Assembly (NCBI RefSeq): GCF_032191835.1
Contig: NC_083225.1
Location: 149,978,001-150,042,000 of the forward strand
Length of the DNA: 64,000 bases
DNA from: Heteronotia binoei
Lineage: Eukaryota
Direction of reading: 5' to 3'
The translations under genes were made by a program, and so were the position numbers. The notes under the pieces are model-generated. The model worked only from the letters and a program-made list of their open reading frames with translations, searched no databases and was not told the origin of the DNA. Below, in pieces: positions 49,901 to 60,917 of the stretch; positions within the stretch are counted from its first letter, which is position 1, and the number at the start of each line of letters is the position of its first letter.

Positions 49901-50843
49901 AGGAGTTTTTTTGTTTTTGTTTTTGTTTGCAATATACTTCTTGGGAGACTTATTTACAGCACTCAGTGTTGTGCTTCTATCTCTGCACAAAACTCTGCTA
50001 TATTAACAAAATCTCCCAATAAATATAACTTCATGCTTTACAAGGCATTTAGCAATTTGTTCCTGATGCACATTAAAATGTAAAAATATGTCCATATATG
50101 ATTTTTGTATACATTTCCCAATTTAACGATGTATGCAGATCTCTCTTTTTTGGAATAGGGCACAAGTTCTTTTCCTTTTAAAATTCACATTAAGCTATTT
50201 GAGTTACAGGCATTTTCTTGGGGAAGGCGTTAAGGGGGTTTTATTGTATTCAATGTGGTTTTAATTTAAAATTGAGTTACAAGATAGGGTACGTGCTTTA
50301 ATAAACATTTCAATCAAAATTATTAATATTAATAATAATGAGGACCCCCTCCCTAACCATTTTGAGTAATCTCTGTACCTTAATTTGCTAACATCCCAGG
50401 GATTTAGAGGAAAGAATTTACAATTTGAATTTAGGGAGTTTTTAAAGAGTGCGTGTCTACTCAAAGTTGACTCAGTTTATAAAAGAACACAACAGGCAGC
50501 GCATAAACTTCAGCAGTGAAACTGCTTGGAGGGGTCATTTGGGGACTCTATGGAAACAGCTTAGGAAAGGAACTGCAGCTCAGTGGCTTTGGTATCTAAA
50601 CCTGTCCAAGAGACCGTGCCAGTCTAATTCCTCAAAGCAGCCCCTCCCAAAAAGATGACATGCAAATAGAGGCACTCTGAGCCCTGCTGGCAGAACGAAC
50701 CATCTTTAGAGAATTAAAGGACTTCCTTGGGCTCTGAATAGTAAGTGTTTGGAGCACCGAAAGAAGTGTCTCACCTTTAGCCATAGAGATATATATTTAG
50801 CTCTGAGGGCAGACTGTGGAATTGGAGGCCTAGAAAGATTGTT

Positions 50844-50849
50844 TATAAA
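50844..50849 (+). promoter_or_regulatory. Candidate TATA box of the PLA2 gene
   Basis: TATAAA 110 bp upstream of the signal-peptide ATG. Confidence 0.5.
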
Positions 50850-50953
50850 CACCCACTCCTGTGGCTCAGTTTTGCAGCAGAACGTCAGGCTGAACATAGA
50901 GAGCCAGGCTATGAGCGTGCAAGAAAGAGGGTTCACATCAAGCTGACCTCCAC

Positions 50954-50993
50954 ATGGAGCCCTGGCTGGTGATGCTGCTCTTTTTACAGGCAG
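50954..50993 (+). CDS. PLA2G10: Group X-like secreted phospholipase A2, exon 1: signal peptide MEPWLVMLLFLQA
   Basis: ATG plus hydrophobic stretch and a phase-1 donor CAG|GTGAGT. It joins 59930 in frame to give MEPWLVMLLFLQAVWNGVLG. Linkage across the 8.9-kb intron is inferred. Confidence 0.72.
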
Positions 50994-52144
50994 GTGAGTA
51001 TCAATCAAACGATGTCGCTGCTGACCTCTAAAACATCTACACTTCTGTGCTTTGTCCTCTCTTCCTCACAAGTTTCATTTTTGAATCTGACTCTATTATA
51101 CCCAGGCAAGGCAAGCCATATTTAAACAGGTGAGTATGCTGAACTCCCCCCCCCCCCTCTCTATATTTGACATCTTAGAACAATCCTGGGTGTCACTGGC
51201 TGACTTTCATAACAACTGCATTGTACAAGCACGTAAACATTGAAGAAATCTTCCATTGTGCTTGTACATTCTAAAACGTCCTAAGTGACGTAAAGTCTCA
51301 TCAAGTAAAGTGTTGTTTAAGTTAAGTAGGGCTTGTTCCAGGACATTACAGTGACATTCAGGCTGTTATAAAATACTTAACAGCTGCTTCAAAGGAATTA
51401 CCGTAGATCAGGAGAATGGCTTGGCCTTGGGTACTCTAGCATATTGTATAGAAAGTTTCCTTCTACTGTCAGATCATTGGTCTGTCTAGCTCAGAGTATT
51501 CTATCCTCTTAGCAAGAAAAAGAGGTCTCCAGGGTCTCAGACACCACTTTCTTCTGAGATCCTTTACCTAGCTGAACTGATGCCCTTGTGCAGGCAAAGC
51601 GCATACTCCTTCTGAGCCACAGCCCCTCTCTCATATTGGAATGACCTCTTAAAAAGAATAATTGACTGGTTTTCTTCTTTTTGGAAATATTATTTTGCCT
51701 CAACCCCATCTTTTAAAGTAAGTAATTTTTACATACTCCTGAGGTAATGGTAGGAGGGAAGGGGAGAAAGATTGCAGAGAAAGACAATCGCTCTTTTAAT
51801 AGTGCCATAGGAGCTGCCTCCCATAACAGTAGTTCCCCAAGATGGTGTGTGGATAGCAGAGCTACATTCTGAGAAACAGTCACTGAAAGATATTTTAATT
51901 GGTTGGAGATTCCTATATTCTGCCAATGTAAACTCCACAATGCCAGGAAAGCTGAGGTCATCCTGTATAACTCACCTGAAATGCCATAATATTTTAAGAA
52001 GTGCTAATTTAGCAACCTATGTAGCTAAACACGAAGGCCTGTATTTAAAAAAAAATCCTCTACAAATTTCAGGTTTTCTTAGCAGAATTGTCTTCAGCCA
52101 TGCAACATATAAAGAATACTCTAATGGGGTAGGCTAATCTGATG

Positions 52145-53262
52145 AGTGACAGTGTGGTGTAGAGTTTCCAGCTAGGATCTGAGAGACATGGATACAAATC
52201 TCCCCTGCTGTGAAGCTCCCTAGGTGACTCTGAACTAATCATATTCTCTCAGTCTAACCTACTAAACAGCATGATCGTTTGGTTGAGAAACAGAGAACCA
52301 TGTAGGTTGCCTTGAGCTCCTTGAAAGAAGGGCAGAATAAAGGTGAACTAAATGGATATCTTACTCTGTGAACAAATTCAGTTAATAATCAACACATCTT
52401 TGAAAACCAAAAAGGCAAGCTATCAGGCTGCAATCCTGGGGCACTTTCCTGGAAGTAAGCCCTATGGAACATTATGGACACTTCCCAGTAGATCTGTTTA
52501 GTGTTGCTCCCCTAGTCCACTGCCACAAAATTAAAAGAGAGTCTTGTGACAGCTTAAAGATGAACTGATTTATCATGCCATAAGTGTTTTTGGATTAGAG
52601 CTTATTTATCTATTTATACTCCACATTCCTTCGCAAAGGGGACCCAAAATGATGTGCTCCACATATTTATTGTATCTTCATAACAACCCTGTGAGAGGTT
52701 TGGCTAAGACAGAATGCTTGACCCAAGGTTACCCAGTGAGCTTCTATGGCATAAGGGGGATTTGAACCCCAAGCTTCCATTGTCTGTGGAATGGTTGCAG
52801 AAATAAGTCTGAAAACATGATAGCAATATATCCTATGATAGCAATACATCCTATAGTGATTACAAATATGAACCAAGGTAAGTGAAAATTCAAGAATCTC
52901 ATTATTATTAAATCAGCGATCATAATCTGAGGCAATCATGTTCCCTTCCTTCAAAGCACACACACATTTTATATGAGCAGTTTCAGGGTACATGTGTCAT
53001 AACAGGAAAGTTATTTACCTACTGTACGCTACTTATTTGGATATTTATACCCTGCTTTTATCCCCAGAGGAGCCAAAATGGCTTTCAACACCGTTCCTCC
53101 TCTCCAGTTGATTCTCACAACAGCCACCCTGTAAGGAAGGTTAGGCTGAGAGAGAATGACTGGCCCAAGGTCGGCCAGTAGCTTCAATGGCAGAGTGGGG
53201 ATTCACACCCAAGCCTCCCAGATCCTTGTCTGACAGTCTAAACACTACACCATACTGGCTCT
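52145..53262. mobile_element. Cluster of three Squam3/MIR-like SINE copies (about 52145-52340 +, 52615-52790 -, 53030-53262 -)
   Basis: Shared GACTGGCCCAAGGT / CCCTGTGAGAGGTTTGGCT core motifs and tRNA-like heads. Confidence 0.7.
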
Positions 53263-53480
53263 TTACTTCATTTGGTACATGAAGTGCATTCACAGTAGTT
53301 GCTCATCGTTTACCTTCCACCCTCTCCTGTGCCTATATATATAGTTAGGGCCAAATGCGATAAAATGCCTGCAACGTTTTCATGTATCGAAGATAAATTT
53401 AATGGTGACCATTTATACCAACAGCAATAGTGGTAATGCACTTACTAGACTTCCCAAGCCGATTTAACATCTGTAGTAAT

Positions 53481-53622
53481 AAGGAAGGAAAGGTCCCCTG
53501 TGCAAGCACCAGTCTTTTCTGACTCTGGGGTGACGTTGCTTTCACAACATTTTCACGGCAGACTTTTTATGGGGTGGTTTGCCATTGCCTTCCCCAGTCA
53601 TCTACACTTTCCCCCAGCAAGC
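53481..53622 (-). mobile_element. Sauria SINE 3' part
   Basis: Reverse complement of the 29.15-29.29 kb sequence (GGTCCCCTGTGCAAGCACCAG...GCCATTGCCTTCCCCAGTCATC). Confidence 0.9.
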
Positions 53623-55407
53623 AATAAAGGAATCCATAATTGTGACTGAGTCCTACTTTACAAAGCAGTTAGTTTTGCATATCGTTATCAGTTCATATTC
53701 AATGTGCCAAAAGATTCCTTTCTATTTATTGTGTTGAAAGAGCATTCCAGCTGAAATGCAGTCACTTTTATTCATTTATTTACTTCATTCATTGTCTACC
53801 TTTCTCGCTGAGACTCAAGGAGGATTGCAAAATAAACAGTTCACTCAGACAGCATAAGACATCCAATAAACAATGCAAACAGGACTAGAAAGAGAGAATT
53901 TTAAAAAACAAAACTGTTAGGAAACTATCTAAGTCTAAGGCATGACTTACCATAACCAATGTAGAGAGTGGGTAGGTACAAGTGCAGTAAAAGCAAGATT
54001 TATACAATAAATCCTAGTCCATTCTAAAACATCTTCCTAGACTGTTGCATTATATTGCAATTCTAATCCCTTTATAAAAACGATGTCTGGAACATTCTTG
54101 CTGATGGTCCATTTATGCTGAGTTCAAAGATGGATTCCTGCATACCAGGTATAATCCCAAAATATGAAGAGATGTTGTGGGATTTAAAAACAAAATTCTC
54201 CCACCTGCCAATCTGAGTTGCAGAAGTTGTGGCTCCTTTCATGTTGATGGCAGGCAGGAGTTCACAGCCCTTCAAGGCTGGCACAGCAAGTCCTTTCAGA
54301 AGGAATTGTCTCTTTGTAAAAGAGTAAGTGAGGAAATGTGATTCATACTTTTTCCTCTGAACTTTTCTAGACTGAGAGGTTTAGTTTGCAATGTGTAATC
54401 ATCGTGAACATACTCAGATTATGTGTGTTGTCAATGAAATGCTTAACTTTTGCCCACCTTGAATATTAATATGCTTTTCAGGACTGACTGCTAAAGGAAG
54501 GCATTCCATTATACTCTTTAAAAAGGAGGTGGGGGAAAAAGAAAGGATTTATCTGTTCATATAACATCTGAACCTCCCCTCACCCCAATTCCTTTTGAGT
54601 AATTTATTAACTATATCTCAGTCATGCTTTAATTGAATTGAGGTCCTCAGATGCTGACTGGCTTTGTAATATTAACATACCTGACAGTTATGATCCAGAT
54701 ACAGCTGCCATTGTTTCTTTCTGCCTTTCCTAACAATGAAGCTATTGTGCGTCTTAGGTTCCAAAAATTAGAGCTGAATACTGCGTTGTAGAAAGAAGCT
54801 GCAACATTTTCAGGAATGCATATTTGATCTGGACAGAATGTTCTGAAGAGTGGCAGTAGGTAGAAGTGCCCTATCTTTGGTTTGAGGGTTATGTTTGTTT
54901 TTGAAACAATGCTGCTGTGCAAGGCAGTGTTTAAAATTTTTCCAAAATCTTCCTGTTTGCAGTGCACAGTTACTACTATTTTTGAAATCTGTATAAATCT
55001 TGAATGCCTTAACTAGATACATTCGTGCTGTTTAAATCTTTATGTGTTGGATCAATAGAGGGGATTTGACTGAAGATTTTGTTTAATTAACACTTAAATT
55101 GTTTTAAAAATACAAAATGAAAGGGAAAACTGCGATAGAGCTTATAGTTTTACTGAAAAGTGTTTTGAACAGTTGCTTGTTCAACCATGTGCCAATATCC
55201 ACATTCATTTAAGCACTGTGCATTGATGAATGAAACAGCTTTTGCAGGCAGGGAAACAAGCTCAGACTGCCCATGAACAGTGACTTAATTGAATGAGCTG
55301 GATTTGTTTCTTATACACAGATCCTCATCATATTATACAGTTCTGCTGTAGTGATCTGAAATATGCAGGTCTGAACTTAGTTATTTGTTGCATCCTTTAA
55401 ACATTTT

Positions 55408-55430
55408 CTCTAACCCTAACCCTAACCTAA
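55408..55430. repeat. Short telomeric-type (TAACCC)n tract at the 5' junction of the CR1
   Basis: CTCTAACCCTAACCCTAACCTAA; the minus strand reads TTAGGTTAGGGTTAGGGTTAGAG. Confidence 0.75.
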
Positions 55431-56934
55431 AAATCTGTAATCTTTCATTGAAATCTGCCTCCGTTCCTGAGGACTGGAAGGTAGCAAATGTCACCCCCAT
55501 CTTTAAAAAGGGTTCCAGAGGAGATCCGGGAAATTACAGGCCAGTCAGTCTGACTTCAATACCGGAAAAGTTGGTAGAAAGCATTATCAAGGACAGAATG
55601 AGTAGGCACATTGATGAACACGGGTTATTGAGGAAGACTCAGCATGGGTTCTGTAAGGGAAGATCTTGCCTCACTAACCTGTTACATTTATTTGAGGGGA
55701 TGAACAAACATGTGGACAAAGGAGACCCGATAGATGTTGTTTACCTTGACTTCCAGAAAGCTTTTCATAAAATTCCTCATCAAAGGCTCCTTAGAAAGCT
55801 TGAGAGTCATGGAGTAAAAGGACAGGTCCTCTTGTGGATCAAAAACTGGCTGAGTAATAGGAAGCAGAGAGTGAGTATACATGGGCAGTCTTCGCAGTGG
55901 AGGACAGTAAGCAGTGCGGTGCCGCAGGGCTCGGTACTGGGTCCCATGCTCTTTAACTTGTTCATAAATGATTTAGAGTTGGGAGTGAGCAGTGAAGTGG
56001 CCAAGTTTGCGGATGACACTAAATTCTTCAGGGTGGTGAGAACCAGAGAGGATTGTGAGGAACTCCAAAGGGATCTGTTGAGGCTGGGTGAGTGGGCGTC
56101 AACGTGGCAGATGCGGTTCAATGTGGCCAAGTGCAAAGTAATGCACATTGGGGCCAAGAATCCCAGCTACAAATACAAGTTGATGGGGTGTGAACTGGCA
56201 GAGACTGACTAAGAGAGAGATCTTGGGGTCGTGGTAGATAACTCACTGAAAATGTCAAGACAGTGTGCGTTTGCAATAAAAAAGGCCAACGCCATGCTGG
56301 GAATTATTAGGAAGGGAATTGAAAACAAATCAGCATCATAATGCCCCTGTATAAATCAATGGTGCGGTCTCATTTGGAGTACTGTGTGCAGTTCTGGTCG
56401 CTGCACCTCAAAAAGGATATTATAGCATTGGAGAAAGTCCAGAAAAGGGCAACTAGAATGATTAAAGGGCTGGAACACTTTCCCTATGAAGAAAGGTTGA
56501 AACGCTTGGGACTCTCTAGCTTGGAGAAACGTCGACTGCGGGGTGACATGATAGAGGTTTACAGGATAATGCATGGGATGGAGAAAGTAGAGAAAGAGGT
56601 ACTTTTCTCCCTTTCTCACAATACAAGAACTCGTGGGCATTCGATGAAATTGCTGAGCAGACAGGTTAAAACGGATAAAAGGAAGTACTTCTTCACCCAA
56701 AGGGTGATTAACATGTGGAATTCACTGCCACAGGAGGTGGTGGCGGCCACAAGCATGGCCACCTTCAAGAGGGGTTTAGATAAAAATATGGAGCAGAGGT
56801 CCATCAGTGGCTATTAGCCACAGTGTGTGTATGTGTGTGTGTGTGTATATATAAATTTTTTGGCCACTGTGTGACACAGAGTGTTGGACTGGATGGGCCA
56901 TTGGCCTGATCCAACATGGCTTCTCTTATGTTCT
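55425..56934 (+). mobile_element. 5'-truncated CR1 LINE (RT domain, C-terminus, 3'UTR), disabled by a stop at 56210-56212 and a frameshift near 56335
   Basis: PEDWKVANVTPIFKKG..DPGNYRPVSLTS, QHGF.KGRSCLTNL, YLDFQKAF, VPQGSVLGP, KFADDTK. Tail CTCTTATGTTCT. Confidence 0.98.
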
Positions 56935-58110
56935 CCACCAGAACATCAGACTTATTCATTTGCAAGTGTTCTGAAAGAATTTTATCCAGGGTCCTTTTCC
57001 TGGAAAAAGAGGTGCTGGAACTCTCAAGAGGGAAATGAAAGAGAAACATACAGAAGTCCCTCATGAACTTTGAAACATTTTTTGAGAATTTTGTTTCCAC
57101 AAAAAGGTTCTGGAACTCTGTTCTGCCACGTTCCCCAGGGGGGAAAAAGCCATGGTTTTAACTATCTACCTCATACTGCTTCTTAATTTATTAGTTCTAA
57201 ACAGATTACTAAAATATACAAAAAGCTAGACCCCATTTGAATGGCTGCAAAAATCTTAACGCAGACGCATAAAGTTTCATAGCTAAAAGAGGGATAGATC
57301 TGCTATTATCTTCTAATAAAAGAGAAAAGAGAGAAAATAATTAGAATTAGAAAAGAGAGAAAAGAAAGAATCCCTACATACAGAAGCGATTTCCATCCGT
57401 AGAGCAGGACTTTTCTGCCTCCCCTTTGTGCTGCAGTCCCAAATATCTCCAGAAATGCTGTACCTCACCAATACCTTGGGGGCAGTTGTAGGTTTTGCAT
57501 TGTGGGAAGGAGGGGGGAGGAATAGCTGACAATTCCCCTTCTGTCTTTGTAGATCCTTTGTGGGATCCAGTTTATCAGAAATAATACACGTTCCTTGGAA
57601 CTATTGCTTTAAGAAGCAGTGAGACAAGTACATGCATATATACTGGAAACATCATATGGGGCACTGTGAGCTCCCTTGCATATTACACACACCAGTGGTC
57701 ATCACCCAAAAATGGTTAGAGGGGAAGGATGATGGTGTCTTCATGATGGTGCCTTCTGTGCACAGGCTTCTTGTTGCCTGCAGCTTTCTTAGGACACAGT
57801 CTTAGGAAATGTAAACCACTTTCATGGAAATTCTTGTGTACTATGCTGCTGCTACATTTAAAAATTGTGGATTGTGGTGGATGGATATTTAAATCTCATT
57901 TTTTAAAAAGTGCTACCTACCTCCTTCCCTTACCCCTACTGCCTCAGATCTCTTACCTGATTACTCCTTGGTGGTTAGGTATTCTTCAGAAGGGCAGAAA
58001 CAGAACCCTTTCTTCTTCAGCCACTGTCTGCAGCGTTCCTACTCAGGATTGAAGGTTCCCCAGATAATCTATATTGTCTAATACCAGTGTATCTTTTCCT
58101 CAGTCCCAGC

Positions 58111-58266
58111 CAGGCCTCGGATTCAGCGGGAGCTCACAGCAGCACAGCTCCTGAACCTTTCTGACAGTTCCACCTCCTCCTTCCTACCTTATCCATTGAA
58201 TAATAGGTGCAGCTGCATAACAATCCTGGATGAGCTCCACCACTTATTTTTCTACAAAACGACCCC
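58111..58266 (+). mobile_element. hAT MITE, copy A
   Basis: CAGGCCTCGGATTCAG...CTACAAAACGACCCC; TSD-like GTCCCAGC / TCCCAGC. Confidence 0.85.
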
Positions 58267-58578
58267 TCCCAGCACTTATGACCCAGTAGAGAGGGGCAGT
58301 TCCAAGCCACTATATGAGAGATTGGAATTTAAGGATAATTCTTTTGGCAGACATCCAAGCTTTAAAGAGTTTTTTCACCCAAGGGGGTTAATGCAGTTAA
58401 CCACAGTGTGAATGTTAAACCTGCCTTGGCCAGAATGTTTATTTGCAGTACAAATACTTCTCCACATTCTCTCTAATTTTAACAATATGTCCATTTAACA
58501 AATACAGCAGGCAGGGTTTAATTAAGATTTGCTGAGGCCTTAATCTATGTCAAGTTTTGTAAACCCCATAGAATTAAC

Positions 58579-58737
58579 CAGGAGTTGTTTTGTAGAAAAA
58601 TAGGTGGTGGAGCTCATCCAGGAATTGTTATGCAGCTGCACCTACTATTCAATGGACAAGGTGGGAAGGAGGAGGTGGAACTGTCAGAAAGGTTCAGGAG
58701 CTGTGCTCCTGTGAGCTCCCACTGAATCCAAGGCCTG
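58579..58737 (-). mobile_element. hAT MITE, copy B (inverted relative to A)
   Basis: CAGGAGTTGTTTTGTAG...GAATCCAAGGCCTG; TSD GAATTAAC / AAATTAAC. Confidence 0.88.
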
Positions 58738-58902
58738 AAATTAACATTAAAATGGTAATGGTCATTTTAGTAATTTTCATCCTTTTTTGTTGTTTAGGAC
58801 TCTCATAATCTGAGAACTTCAGCTGTAGGATTTTATTAGTTTTATATGATTGTATTCATTAGTCATTGTTGTCTATCACCCACAGCCCAGCGCTAGCCAG
58901 GA

Positions 58903-59300
58903 CAGAGTTGCCAATCCTCAGTTGAGGGCAGAGGATCCCCCAGTTTGGAGGCCCTCCCCTTGCTTCAGGGGCATCAGAAAGCAGGGGAAGGAGAGGGAAA
59001 TATCTGTTGGGCCCTCCATTATTCCCTATAGAGACCAATTCCCAGAGGGTATAATGGTGAATTGATCAGTGGGTATCTAGGGCTTGCTTTTTGAGGTAGA
59101 GGCACCAAATTTGCAGCATAGCATCCAGTGCACCTCCTCAAAACACCCTCCAAGTTTCAAAAAGAATGGACCAGGGGATCCAATTCTATGAGCCGCAAAA
59201 TAAAATGCCCCTATCTTTCATTATTTGCAATGGAGGGAAGACATTTAAAAGAGGTGCAGCCCCTTTAAATGTGATGGCCAGAACTCCCTTCAGAGTTCTA
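58903..59300. mobile_element. Non-autonomous DNA transposon fragment (GGGTTGCCA-terminus family)
   Basis: GAGTTGCCAATCCTCAGTTG start and TTTTTGAGGTAGAGGCACCAAATTTGCAGCATAGC block. Confidence 0.6.
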
Positions 59301-59929
59301 AAATAAATAAATTGTTTATTTAGCTTGTGTGCATGTGCTTGCACTTGTGCAGTCTTCTGAAAGCAGGAGAGAAGTAGGTACAAGAATGCTATCAGAGTTT
59401 GAGCTTTTGCTACATTTTAATGTTCAATTGAGGCTGATTGGGTAACAAGCCAAACCTTGGCAAACCACACGCCATCTTCTTGCTTATTTGCTAATGCATG
59501 GTGTCCGCTGACACCTGTCAACACCTTTCCTGGTACCCCCCAAGTGTTCTTAGAAAGTAGGCAGGGCCAAGTGGGTTCTTTGCCCAGCAAGATCACTAGA
59601 CATCTGATTGCACATCTTAAACAGTTTCTGGCTGCTCCCTGACATTTTTAGGTTCCTGTGACAGCCATTTTGTGGTTGCAACTACTACTCTGTGTCAGAA
59701 TTCAAAAGGTACCCCTATGCTAGTTTTTATGCATATTTTGGAAGCATTTGAAACTGTGGAGAAATATCAGATGCTGCGGACATAGATGCTTTAAGCAGAT
59801 CATGTAATCTTATGGGTTGTACTGAATTTCTGAAGGGCCACACATTCAGAAGGAAGTGGGAAAATGTAGAGATGGACTCAAATGATTTCAGTCAAATACA
59901 TTAAAAACCATATTCCCTTGCCTTTGCAG

Positions 59930-60095
59930 TTTGGAATGGCGTCCTTGGGAAAACCCATTCTTTGCACAAAAGAGGAATCCTTGAGTTAGCAGGAACCATA
60001 AAATGTAGCACAGGACGAATTCCTTTGGCATATCTGGGTTATGGATGCTACTGTGGCCTGGGAGGACATGGCTGGCCTAAAGATAAAACAGACTG
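59930..60095 (+). CDS. PLA2G10: Group X-like sPLA2 exon 2: (V)WNGVLGKTHSLHKR^GILELAGTIKCSTGRIPLAYLGYGCYCGLGGHGWPKDKTD(W)
   Basis: Acceptor CCTTTGCAG|, donor GACTG|GTAAGA. Dibasic propeptide site KR|GILELAG, Cys11 and Ca2+ loop YGCYCGLGG. Human group X reads RR|GILELAGTVGC...YGCFCGLGGHGQP. Confidence 0.95.
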
Positions 60096-60917
60096 GTAAG
60101 AACATCAGTGAATTCCCCAAGTGTGTGTCATGCTTGTCTTCCAGAAACAGAATTCCCTTTAAATGATGGCAGTTTTATCTAAAGAACAAGAGCAACCCTA
60201 TCAGCAATAGCCCAGCCAAGCAGCAAATGCACATAGTGGTGGGTAGCAAGAGGCAAGTGATGCAATAAGATTAGAACACAACCTGGCCTTTATTATGCTG
60301 GATAAAATTACTGTGTTGCTAAATTGAAGATGAAGTAGGAAACAAGGGATGCTGCTGTGCCCTCATTTAACTAACTTTAAAATCACTGGAGCTTTTCTAA
60401 GGATAAATGTGATTTAACTCTCATTTCACCGAGTGACACATCAGGGTCAGTCTTGCTGGTGCGCTTAGTTCTGTTTGCACAAAAGTTTTTCATAACCTGT
60501 CTGATCCTTCAATGCAAACCTAGGAGTACTGAGAAGGACATACAGTTTCTTGTACACTGTGCCAGTGATACACCTTCTGTGCTGTGTGTATCTTGCAAGC
60601 CTTTCTTGTTGCTGATTGTGCTTAAGATCTAAAAGAAAACAGGCAGAAGCCTTCTTGGGCTGCTTGCACTGTTGTACTGTCATATCTGACATAATCTTGT
60701 ATACTTTAGCTGAAGTAGGATGAATAACAGTATGATGAGTAGTTTCTCTAGACTAATGTGGCAGATGGCACACCTCTGTACTAGGTGCAGGAACAAGATA
60801 TGGTGTCAACATTACAATCACAAGTTTTCTCTGTAGGTGGCACAAGATCCAGGACACATACACACCTGAGGGTTCTCAAAAATGCCATATTTGCTAATGA
60901 ATTAGGTTCTCATGGAT

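Noticed and set aside
32900-50800. GABRR3/RIOX2 or OR5 exons expected from human synteny, and CPOX exons at the window start
   Set aside because: No matching peptide motifs were found by eye in the frames examined.
54647-54967. 106-aa minus-strand ORF and nearby exon-like stretches at 52.8 and 54.1-54.3 kb
   Set aside because: No recognisable domain, stops in the splice-compatible frames, and no consistent exon chain.
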